From positions 38,558,401-38,622,400 of the forward strand of contig NC_057719.1 of NCBI RefSeq assembly GCF_004010195.1: a DNA stretch of 64,000 nt. Direction: 5' to 3'. Made by a program: the position numbers and the translations under genes. Below, piece after piece: positions 25,640-37,400 of this stretch; within the stretch, counting starts at the first letter, position 1; every line of letters begins with the position of its first letter. The notes under the pieces are model-generated. The model did not search any database and had not been told where the DNA came from. It saw only the letters and a program-made list of their open reading frames with translations. Origin of the DNA: Chiloscyllium plagiosum (Eukaryota).

Positions 25640-26800
25640 GCATGAAAGAGGAAACGCCAAGACAGTGACGTCACAGAATGCATCTAGACGAGGGGACTTT
25701 AATGTCCATCATATGGTTTTGTAACACCAATACTGGCAGAGTTGGTTGATCCTTAAAACACATAGCTGCTGGACAGGTGGTGAGGAAACAATCTACTTGA
25801 TCTCATCCTCACCACTCTACCTATTGATCATGCACCTGTCTATGAGAGTGTTGGTACGTACAACAAACACAGTTATCATGGAGACAAAATCCAGTCTGAG
25901 GATATACTCCATACTGTTGAGCCATTAAGCTATGCTGCATTGCATAAACCTGAACAAATTAGCCCATCTGAGGGGTGCTGGAGGTCAACAACAGCAATAA
26001 AATTGTATTCAATCATACTATGCAACTTCATGATTTGGTATATCCTCTATTGTACCATCAGGCTGGAGAATCAAACTTGATTCAAAGAAAATGAAGGAAG
26101 GCATGCTAGAAACAGCACTGGGCATACCTAAAAGTGAGGCAGAGCTACAACAGAAGACTATGTGTATGCCAAAAGTATCATGTAACAGACAGGACTAAGC
26201 AGTTCCAAAAACAACAGTTCAGATCCAAGAACTGCAGTCCTCGCACATCAAGTGCAATGGTGGATAATGGAACCAAAAGGAGATGCATCGCCACATATAG
26301 CCCTATCCTCAACAATACAGGAATCCAGCATGTTATGCAAAACAAAAAATAAATTGCGAGAGAAACTCAGCAGTTCTGGCAGCATCCATTATAGAGAAAG
26401 CAGAATCAATGTTTCAGATCCAGTGACCTTTCATCAGAATATGTAACAGGCATCCATCTTTAAAGAAAAATGAAAAGTGGATGATCCATTTCAGCCTTCA
26501 CCTAAAGTCCTCAGCACCCCAGATATCAGTATTCAACCAAATCAGGTCACTCCCTATCATGTCATGAAATGGCCAAAGACACTGGATACAAAGGCTATGG
26601 CCCATTACAACAGCCCAGCAATAGCATTGAAAGACACATACTCCAAAACCAGCCGTGCACCTAATCAAGCTGTTCTAGTACAGCGAGCATCTACCCGGCA
26701 ACGTACAAAATTGCTTAGGTGCATCCTGTCTACAAGAAGCAGGATAAGTCCAACCCTGCCAAATACAGTCCTCTCTATTCTTGATCATCCTTAAAAAGTT
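25640..26800 (+). mobile_element. Old L2/CR1-clade LINE fragment containing a PLE pLTR at ~26340-26440
   Basis: ggggactttaatgtccat (GDFNVH endonuclease motif); LDTKAM...SPAIALK; related to 32140-33330 and 58730-61420. Confidence 0.6.
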
Positions 26801-28909
26801 AGAAGGGGTATAGTTACAAGAATATTGTTCCATCAGTAAACAAGATTGGACTCATTCAGTTTAGAAAGAACGTTAGTTTGGTACACCAATCAAGGTTTTT
26901 CTTCTGTACACATTTTTATACAAGCAATTTCAGACCATCAAAGCAATTTGATTCAAGCAATATCTGTATTCAATATATTTTACACCCTTAAAATATTAAA
27001 TGTATTTTAAAAATCTCTAATTAGAATTTTAGAAGATGAATGGTGGATGATTTCAACTTCGAGAACTTCAACATTCTTCTAGATTGCACTTGCACCTCTA
27101 AGTGAATAGTATGAAGATATGCATTTTCAACATTTTCAAATATAGATACAGTATTTATATGGCAGTCTAGGGGTAAACTATTCTGGTCCTTGAGCCCACT
27201 CTGCCATTCAACAATATCATGACTAATCTATGGCCTAACTCCATGTGCTTGCCCACCCTATATCTCTTGACACCCTTGCTTAATAAAAATTAACCGCAGT
27301 TTGAAGTAGTGTGTTCCAAATCACCACTACTCCTTTTGAGTAGAAGTGCTTTCTATCCAGCCCTGAATGGCCTGGCCCGAATTCGTAGACTATATCCCCT
27401 CTTTTCAAATCTTCAGATTTCATGATCTATCCTTTTTAGGTCTGAAATGGATAACATCACACTTGCTTATATTAAAATTCATCTGCCACAGCTTTACCCA
27501 TTCACCTAATTTATCAATATCCTGTTGTAATTTTATACTGGGTGAATCATGAAAATGAAATACTTTTAAACAACTGCTTAGTATTATGAACTAGTGTGTA
27601 AATGAAGTGACTGATTTTACCGTGAGACATTTTGTATAGTGACTGCTTCCAGTCAAATTTGATTGAGTACCAATGCGATAGCAACAGAATTTACCACACA
27701 CCAGTACTATTGCATTCACACGCTATTACTTTAAACCCTTTAACTGTTTGTTAATAAACAAATATTAATTTCGTTTGTTTTTTTAAAAAATGCACACTGA
27801 TAGGCTAACATTTTTTCATGTATCCTGCCCAGTTACTTCAAGTCCAGCACACAAAAAACAACTCTCGCACAAAAGGGTAAAAGTCAATGGATTTTTAAAA
27901 AAACGTTAAGGGATATCGGCTTCGCTGCCCTGGCCAACATTTACTGCTCATTCTAACTGCCATTTAAAACGTGGAGGAGATTGCGTTTTTGAACTGCTGT
28001 ACTCAGTGTGGTCTAGGCATATATTAGCAAGTGAAATCCATTATACTGCTCACTGTAATGACATAGTATTATATTCCAATGAAACAGTCGATCTGTCCCT
28101 TGTCATAACAATGCCTATTAAGGAAGTGTCTAACAAATTGTGGAATGCAACCCTGTTGATTGTCAGACAGGCTTTTAGTCCTCCACCTCTTTTCAGGAAA
28201 TAGAAATGACATTAAAGGAAGCAGAACTGGCTTAAGTTCAGCAAAGAAATGGTTCTTGTCCAATTTCACAACAAATAAACAAGAAGTGAAAAGTTTTACA
28301 AAGAAAGACCAATCTTCCAGTTGGCTGCATGATTTCATTAAATTTTAAATGTCAAAGTTTCAAGAACCTTTCTGACTTTGACAATTATAACAGTAAAATA
28401 AGCTTGAAAATCTATTCATTTCTTGTTTGGCAAAACTAAGTTTACACGATTAAATACAGATGTCAATGTTATAAATGCAGTTATTTTTGAAATCAATGAA
28501 TGTTGGGCATTAGAAAGTCACATATATTGGTCACTATGGGGGCAATAGTAGGGCACATGTGGGGTGATTATGCAGGGAGATAGCTTACGTAAACTTCTTC
28601 AAACCCACAATTTGGCCACAGAGTATTGCCATCAAGTAGCTACTGCAGATTAATAAAACATCTGAGAACTGGTGTTAAGAGTTTGCTGCTAAAGAGTGAT
28701 CACGTATAAAAATGAAAGATTCAATATTCAAATCACTATAGAGAACATATTTTGATGATAAAGATTCCTGACCTGTATAAAATATGCGACTGAAAAGGTA
28801 AGGTTGCAATCCGTTTATACACAATTACCAAATGTTTTACTTTATAAAACTTACTGGAATTTCAAGAAACACTTCACTGTTGGAAGACATTATTTGTTTG
28901 ACTGCTCAC

Positions 28910-29001
28910 CTCACCAAATGCTCCTCTGCCAATGACTTTCAACATTTCAAAGTCATCTCGGCGTAGCCTCAGCTCCTTTACAGTCGAGGTAAATGGTTTT
29001 G
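28910..29001 (-). CDS. CDC42BP: Internal coding exon (exon 2 equivalent) of a myotonic dystrophy kinase-related CDC42-binding kinase (MRCK); paralog A/B/G unresolved
   Basis: Minus strand ...actttacag|CA AAA CCA TTT...GGT GAG|gtgagc. The 92-nt, phase 1 to phase 0 exon translates (A)[30 protein letters not shown], the kinase N-terminus with Gly-rich loop typical of MRCK/DMPK. Size and phase match MRCK exon 2 as I recall it. Exons 1 and 3 were not found in the window. Confidence 0.93.
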
Positions 29002-29259
29002 CTGTAAAGTTCAAAAATGATTGAATTAGAAAGGTTACATGCATTTCAAACTTGTTTGAGAATATCTCGTCATGAAAATTTTGACAATTCAGATTCATGA
29101 AATTATTACAGCACAGGAAGCCTCTATTCTGTGCTGGTTCTTTGAATAAGCATGACACTTAGTGTCTACTCACTGTAAATTTGCACATTGATCCTTCTTA
29201 AATAACCACCTAATTCCTTCTTGAATGCCTTGATTAAACCTGCCTCCACTACATTCAAA

Positions 29260-29357
29260 GAGAAAGTGAGGACTGCAGATTCCTGAAGAAGGGCTCATGC
29301 CCAAAACGTCGATTCGCCTAGTCCTTGGATGCAGCCTGACCTGCTGTGCTTTTCCTG
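29260..29357 (+). mobile_element. 98-bp PLE mini-insertion with perfect 16-bp TSD
   Basis: ctccactacattcaaa at 29244-29259 and 29358-29373. Content is a 20-nt inverted tail plus a hammerhead-starting pLTR. Confidence 0.85.
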
Positions 29358-29790
29358 CTCCACTACATTCAAACAGTGCATTGCAGCCATTAACTGCTCA
29401 CTCTGAAAAAATTTTTCCTCATTTTTTTTTTACTAATTACTTTAAATTTATGTTCTCTCACTATCCTAAGTAAAAACATCTTCTCCATATAGTGTGTCCA
29501 CACCCCTCTCAATTTTGAACACTTCTACCAAAGCTCTTCTCAGGCTTCCCATCTAAGGAAAACAGTTCCACCTTCTCTAATCTAGCTTCATAGCTGAAAT
29601 TCCTCATCTGTGAGACCAATCTTTTAAATTTCTCCTGCATTCTCCAATGCTTTCACATTCTTCCTAAAATGCGACACCCAGCACTGTATACAGTTGTCCA
29701 GCTGAACGCGAACAAGTTCAATATAACCTCCACGCTCTGGTAGTCTAGAGCCCTAGTTATAAAGCTTTAGTAGATATTTTTAATAACCTG

Positions 29791-29921
29791 GAGAAAGTGA
29801 GGACTGCAGGTGCTGGAGTTCAGAGTCAAGAGTGTGATGCTGGAAAAGCACAGCAGGTTAGGCAGCAGAGGAGCAGGAGAATCGACGTTTCGGGCATAAG
29901 CCCTTCATCAGGAATGAATGA
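29791..29921 (-). mobile_element. PLE pLTR mini-insertion with intact hammerhead core, ~15-bp TSD
   Basis: TSD atttttaataacctg (29776-29790) / atttttagtaacttg (29922-29936); minus strand ctgatga-a-gggc-ttat-gccc-gaaacgtc. Confidence 0.8.
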
Positions 29922-32139
29922 ATTTTTAGTAACTTGTTCAGACATGTTACAATCATACCACTGGAGCAAACTTTCTTGACCTACTTGCACATAAAACCTG
30001 GAACTCCTGCTCCAGTATTCTGTTTCAATTTGCACTTTATTTTGTATTGTTTCCCCATACTCTTCCTGCCAAAATCTATCACTTCACTTCCCTGCATTAA
30101 AGATCACCTGCTACGTAGCCACCCACTTACTAACTTGTCCATGCCCTTTCAAAGTTCTACACTAACCTCTTCACAATTCATGTTATCGAAGTTACATATC
30201 ACATGCAATTTTTGAAATGGTACCCGGTACACCAAAGCCTTGATCAATAAAATACGTCAAATGAAAAATGTTCAAAACTGCAGCATTATTTGCTGCAAAA
30301 CAAAACATTTAAAATATTTTAAACATTTATAGGTCAGAAGATTTAAGATCATAGGTTACTTGCAGTTTATCCGCCATGCAACTTTTATCCACACATCTAG
30401 TTTTTTTTGCTGTGGAGAGAACTCATGATCCCTTGAATAAAGGCTCACAAACTATTAAAATAAATGAAGAGCTATTCAAAAATCTCTTCAAAACTAATCT
30501 GCTTATAAAACAACCAATAAAAAAAGCACCATCACATTCACCATTATGCAAACAACCCTGCTAAAATGCCTTACATCAGTAGAATTCACCATTCATAATG
30601 ACACTCCATTGCAAACTTTATAGACAAATCTTCCAGAGATCAAAAATACTAGTGTCTATGATGTTGAATCTCAAAGTTTCAGCAAACAGACTTTAATTTA
30701 AAGCAGGCAATTTTATCATCCAATTCAAAGGTTCAACAGAGGTCTGAATTTTACATCAATGTAAAATGTACAAGGTCCAGTCACAAATGCATACCTTAAT
30801 CTCAATACTGTTGAATTCAAAAGCATGTTATATCTTCAGAATAAAAGTACTCAAATACCTCGACGCTTGCACAAGTGCTGATCAACTTATTCATCATTTA
30901 CCTTTTCTGAACAAAGTTTGATCACTAGTCACTGCATGAGAAACATATTTAACTTATCAGACAGTATCTATTTATGAGATTTGAAGTTGGTAAGACCTTA
31001 TTAACTTACCTGTCAAAAGTAATTCAACTCTAGATTAGACATCTCCCATGGCTTACAACTCCTATAAGATTCAATCCAGGTGGCCTAACAAAAAAGGTCC
31101 CCAGAGTGAATGGTGAGGGGGTGTTGTCTACAACATCCACTCACACAACAGGTTAGGCAAGGGCAAGAATGTTGCACATGGACTTGTTACGAGCACCTTT
31201 ATCCCAGGGTAGGAATCTCAGAATCAGTCTCATTCATTATTTTTAAATATCCAGTGCCTCCATCCAGACAAACGACAACCATTTCTATAACTAAAAGAAA
31301 GAATGCCAAATTCTGGAAATGCTTCGTAATATTTAAAATACAACATTTATGATTGGACGAAGAGTCAATAGACATACAAGATTAAGAAAAAGGAGAACCA
31401 TTTGGTTCCTCAAGCCTACTTCACTATGAAAATTGGCTACAGCTGATCAGTTTGCGTTTCACAATCCCATCTGTCCCCAGTAATTTTGGAGCATGTTAGA
31501 CAAGAGAGTCAGTTTAACCTTTAAAGACTTAATGACCTACACCTCCATCAACGGTAGAGTTCCAAAGTCACACAACCCTCATCTCCATCAAAACAGGCAA
31601 TCCCTAATTAAGAAATAGCGCCCAAGCCCCTGTACTGGACTTGCCTGCAAGAGAAAAAATCCTTTGCACATGTACCTTGTCAAGATCTTTCAAGATCTTA
31701 AACACTACTGTCAGGTCACTCCTCCCTCACCTAAACTCCAGTGCAAACAAGGCCAGCATGTCCAACACACCTTTATAACCAAATAACTACAATGACAAGA
31801 CAACTGACCTAAATTAAACTGGAGAAATATTCCAAATCCAATTTTGTATCCGATAATCTATTAAGATAAAATACTGATTATAAATAAGCATTCTTTTCAA
31901 TGAAAATAGTAAACGAAACATGAGTTTGTGGTTAAAATTCTTCCAAATATATGTAAGAGTATCAGTAGGACTGACCACTTTATAGTCATCATGAATGCAA
32001 AGTTCCAGTTTCCCAATGACATTTCTGTCATGCGTGCAAAATGAACTTTGCATTCAAACAGATTAAACAACTCAAAACTAGGCATCCATAACGTGCTGCA
32101 GGCCTTCAGCAGCAGCAAAAATTATATTCGAGAAACAGT

Positions 32140-33330
32140 ACAAATCCAAACTCCCCAATCACTCTACTCTCAATCAGCAGAAAAGTAATGAAAGTGGTTG
32201 CCAAATGATGTCAAGTGGCATTTGGTAAGGTCCCACCTGCTCACTCATGCTCAGTTTCAGTATCAGCAGGGCCACTCAGCTCTTGCTCCAGCCATTACAG
32301 AGCTGTTGCAGCCTAGGTCCAAATGTGAACAAAAGAGCTAAACTCCAGAAATGATGTGATAGTGACTGCATTAAGGCAGTTACATCAATGACCTTCCCTT
32401 TATCAAAAAGGTCAGAAATGCAAGGCGTGCTATTAACTGCATAATGTTCAATACTATCCATGTTTCCTCAGATACTGTACCAGTATCCATATTCACTAAG
32501 ATCTGAATGACATCCAGGCTAAGGTTGATAAGTGGCAACTAATATTCATGCCACACAAGTTACACAAGCTAGGCAATGATCACGTAGGAATGGACGCTGC
32601 ACGACCCACTGTGATTTCCAGCATTTTTCGATTTCAGTAGATAGTGACCATCTCTAACAACAGGGGGTCTTGACATTCCATGACAATCAGTCACCATTAA
32701 CATGTTCGGAAAATACAACCGACCAGAAACTCAACTAGACCTGCCATATAAATACTGTAGCTACAATAGCACTTCAATGCTGAAACTTCTGTAGTGACTA
32801 ACTCAACTTCTGCCTCCCCAAGACTTGCTCACCTTCTATGAGGCAGAAGTCAGGGGTGTGATGGAATATTCTCCACTTGCCTAGCTGACTAGAGGTTCAA
32901 CACCACAAGTAGTTCTTATATTCTTCAGAACAAATAAACCTGCTTGAATGGTGCACCATCACTACTTCCAACATTCACTCACTCTCTCCCACACTGATGC
33001 ATGATGACAGCAGTGAATACTATCTACAAGATGCACTACTTTAAGTCACCTCCTTCAACAGCACCTTCCAAACCGATGACCTCTAATATCTAGAAGGACA
33101 ACACAGCAGCATCTATACAGGAACACCACCACCACCTGTGAATTCCCCTTCATGTCATACATAATTCTGATTTTGAACTATTTCACCATTCTTTGTTGTT
33201 AAATCAGTGAAAATCCTGAAACCCCCATCCTTACAGCACTGCAAATACTCCTGGTGACTGCAGACTGGAATGGTTTAAGGCAACAGATTAACAGCACCTT
33301 CTCCTGGGCAAGTAAATGCAAGTCTAAACA
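32140..33330 (+). mobile_element. Old L2/CR1-clade LINE RT and 3' end
   Basis: Remnants such as tatgaggcagaagtcaggggtgtgatggaatattctccacttgcc (YEAEVRGVMEYSPLA). Confidence 0.6.
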
Positions 33331-34621
33331 GCCTCATGAACAAAATGTAGCTTGAGAAAGGCAGCAAGAGGAGAAACATAAATAGGTAAGAGAAAGATTC
33401 AGAATCCTGGCATTCTCACACACCACACCACAAATTGTTTCAAAGATTCATTAGAGCCGTGAGGATTTGGTCACTGTGCTATGCCCACCATGGATAATTA
33501 GGAAGGGTTTTAATTCCAAAGAGGCAACAATAATAAAGCAGTGAAATAGCAAATTCATGCTTTACAAAAGTATTAGTTGTCTGTGTATGCTAAGTATACT
33601 ACTTGTTCACAGACGTAACATAAATCCTCACTAACCAGCAATATAGCAGTTTGTTCACTCCTCGAAGAGGCAGCATTGGCTTCCAATTTCAAAGGCACTG
33701 GCACCTATAATTTAGTCTGCTACTTACTAAATGTGATTTGTTTAAAATCCTCCACAGCCGTTTGTTTCGTATTATGCTCATTAATGTAGAACTGTGCTCC
33801 AACTAAATATGAACATACAAGCAGAATGAAAAGGTTTTTAATTTAATGTTACGAAGAAATTTCCATGGATTATGGGTATCTTTTAGAACAGAGTCAATGA
33901 AAGCAGTTGGGAACGTGTTTGTTTTACAGAAATCATTTCTTGGTAGTTGCTTCTTATGATAACTGTTTATTTACTGGAGGCTCCATACCTGGGTGTATGA
34001 CTGTCAGGTAAGGCTACAGTGTCTGTTGGAGATTTGAAAATTGTGTTTAAAAATATCCATACTTTTTAAAAATGCTATTTTTACATTATTGAATGTCAAC
34101 AGAGTTTTGCAACACACATTAAAGCAGGTGCTATTGCATCAATGACTAGAACAGATACAGCAAATTGTACTAAATCCTCAGCTAAGAACAATTGTACAAC
34201 TTTTAAGTAATGCCTCAGTTGCTAACATCGGCATTATTAATTTATTTTCAGAGCAAACATAGCTGAAGGGGTAAGCCAGATGCAGAACTATCCATGCAGT
34301 GTAGCAAATGCTTATCACAAAATATTGCAGCAACTGAAATTTAAAATATTGACACAAATCTTCATCTTCAGTTGTCCCTAAAGTAAAAAGGTCGCCGTTC
34401 TCCACCTCAAAAATGCTCCCCATTAGACATGATAATCTGCATTTCTGCAAAATCTGGGCTCAGAAGAAGCATGTAACAGCACTGAGTCAGAGAAATGTTT
34501 GAGGGATGAGACGATGGTGCCAGATCCTCGAAGATTACAAATATTTACCCAATTTTACTTAGCATCATGCAAAGTTATCAGAGAATTATTTTAAGATTCA
34601 ACTGAAATCAGAACTGTTACT

Positions 34622-35256
34622 TGGAGTTATAGAGATATGCAGCACGGAAACAGGCCCTTCAGTCCAACTCGTCCATGCTAACCAGATATCCCAACACAAT
34701 CTAGTCCTACCTGCCAGCACCTGGCCCATATCTCCCTCCAAACCCTTCCCATTCATATGTACCAATCCAGATGCCTTTTAAATGCTGCAATTGTACTAGC
34801 CTCCACCACTTCCTCTGGCAGCTCATTCCGTACACGTACCACCCTCTGCGTGAAGTTACTGCCCCTTAGGTCTCCTTTATATCTTTCCCCTCTCACCCTA
34901 AACCTATGCCCTCTAGTTCTGGACTCTCCCACCCCAGGGAAAAGGCTTTGTCTATTTATCCTATCCATGTCCCTCATGATTTTATAAACCTCTATAAACC
35001 TCTTCAGCCTCCGACGCTCCAGGAAAAACAACCCCAACCTATTCAACCTCTCCCTATAGTTCAAATCCTCCAACCTTGGCAACATTCTTGTAAATCTTTT
35101 CTGAACCCTTTCAAGTTTTACAACATCTTTCCAATAGGAAGGAGACCAGAACTGCATGTAATATTCCAACAGTGGCTAAACCAATGTCCTGTACAGCCGC
35201 AACATGACCTCCCAACTCATGTACTCAATACTCTGACCAATAAAGGAAAGCATACC
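34622..35256 (-). mobile_element. CR1 LINE (HER1-like) 3' end
   Basis: ORF 34753..35169 EYYMQFWSP...LERVQKRFTRMLP...LPEEVV...FKRHLD. Confidence 0.92.
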
Positions 35257-37400
35257 TTAATACTGCTAAACCCATTACGACAAATACTGACATTTATTGA
35301 CAGTAGAATCATAAAGAGATGATGGACACTCATGCTTCAGTAATATTGGTATTGGGACACAAATGCAAGAACAACCAATTTCATCTTGCATTAATAAAAT
35401 TCATGTCTACTGTTAAAGGGTCAGAATGGCTGTTCAGTACATTAAAACTAGGTTACACCTCATTCAATAAAGCTTAACATGTTCAGTGATTTTGCAGCAA
35501 AAATATCACATGAAAGTCAACGTTCATGTCAATTCTCTGATTCTGGTCTTCACTACATCAAATGTACCCTGTAGCAGGGGAAGGTAGAACTGACAGCAGC
35601 TTCAGAATTTCTACATTTAACTGCTCATGAGAAATTGGCATCAGCTTTGCCTAGTAACAAATGCTGGCATCAACAGTTTGTCAGTAATACAACAGCAAAT
35701 TCAAGGTCAACGTTTTCAGCAAAACATATGTCTTTGCACTTAAGTTATGGAGTAACCAACACAAATAGCTGCAATCAAAAAATTACAGCTTTTAAAAAAA
35801 AAAGCTTTGTGGAGGAAATGTACCAACTGCTCAGTAATTACAGAGCCAGGGCTGTTTGAAGATAGACTGTTTACCGCCTAATCAGAATTTAAGGATCCCA
35901 CTTCATGGTTTTTATTTTTGTAAGTAAACAACAGATCACCAAAAAAAAACACAACATCAGTATTGGACATTTAAAACTGCCATCAAACAGTGAAAAAGTA
36001 AATATCAATGGCATTGGAAGAAGGGAAGAGTGAATTGATAGATGTGCAAAATGACAAAATATGGAATGAAAACTTTGTAGGAGAACCATCGTGGTAAATA
36101 GAATTGACCAATGTGAAAGGAATATTCTTGTTCAAAAAACTTTAACCTTAGACAACTTTCTAGATGCAAGGTGATGGCTGGATCTTATTTATCCTAGTGA
36201 CCATCATAGTCTTGGGCTGTACTCCTAAATATTTCAGGGGGATTTTTAAAAATGCCAAATTATTAAATGATTTTCTGCACAAAGTAGCTTTAGAAGACTA
36301 ATTTACTGGCCTAGTACAATATGGAACAGCTTCTCATTTCCATTGAGAACTTAAATTTAATTAAATATGCAATTTAATTTTACCATTAGTGGCATTTAAT
36401 ATTTTGAACAAGGCACTTGAAAGTTCAGATTGTTAAGTATAAGCTGTACTCAGATGAACATGTGGGATTAGTTTTAGTTCCCTCCTCAGTGGTAGAAGTA
36501 ATGTTTTTGCTGTTTGTTAATCAGTTTGTCTAGAAACAACATAACTCAAACATTAATGCACAGTTGTCAAAGAACATGATACATTGATTGGCCCAAAGAA
36601 GAACTGATATTGGAATTGGTATTTTTCTAACAAAAGGACTTGCTTACATCAAGGGATAAGACAAAATCACAGCTGAGTTTTCTTTTTAATATACTTCAAT
36701 ATTTTATTTAGAGTTAGCAGGAATTTTGAATTAGCACTGCACTTCAATTTTCATGCAGATCTCTCCAAAAAATCAATATGCTGGTTTGTCAAATTGCCAT
36801 TCTTGCATCTCCTCCACAGTAATGTGGATAAATTAATTTGTTATATCTCAGTTTTAAATCTTCCCTCCAATTCAGCACAAAAATAGTTGCAATGATTGAA
36901 CATCCTTTACATTGTAAGGAATAAACTGTAGCAATCTGTGACTTGTGGAATAAACTGTAGCAATCTGTGACTTGTTCAAATTTTTGACCCTCTCCTGCCT
37001 TTGACTTATTATGCTGCATATATCAAAAGTGAATCAATAAAAGTAAAATTTCATAAAATTCAAGCTTTAGAAAACGTAAATACAGAATTCATTTTTATGC
37101 CAAATGTTTGAGCAGTTTACACAGGGTCAGTTTTATTTGATTATGACATTACCATGTTGGTCACTAGTCCATGTTCCTTAGCAGCAACCACAGAAAGATT
37201 ACTCTTATATCAGTTTTGACCCATAGCTCATCATCACAGCCAGTCATTTTCACATCATTAAGTCTTAGAATGCTTAAAAAAGTTACGCACTGACTTTAGA
37301 AGTCAGACAAAACAAATAACCCATTTATTCTATAAAATGGAAAAGAATGTCGGTTTCAATCAAAATAAGCAAAATGTTCAGATAAACAGTAGGCAAATAT

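Noticed and set aside
28874..29158. 94-aa ORF as a complete gene
   Set aside because: Only 28910-29001, bounded by AG/GT, is kinase-like; the rest is intron read-through.
34178..34450. 90-aa minus-strand ORF as an alternative first exon
   Set aside because: No recognisable domain, no similarity to the MRCK N-terminus and no convincing splice donor.
36918..36975. 29-bp perfect tandem duplication, superficially CRISPR-repeat sized
   Set aside because: Two adjacent copies with no spacer in eukaryotic DNA; ordinary slippage duplication.
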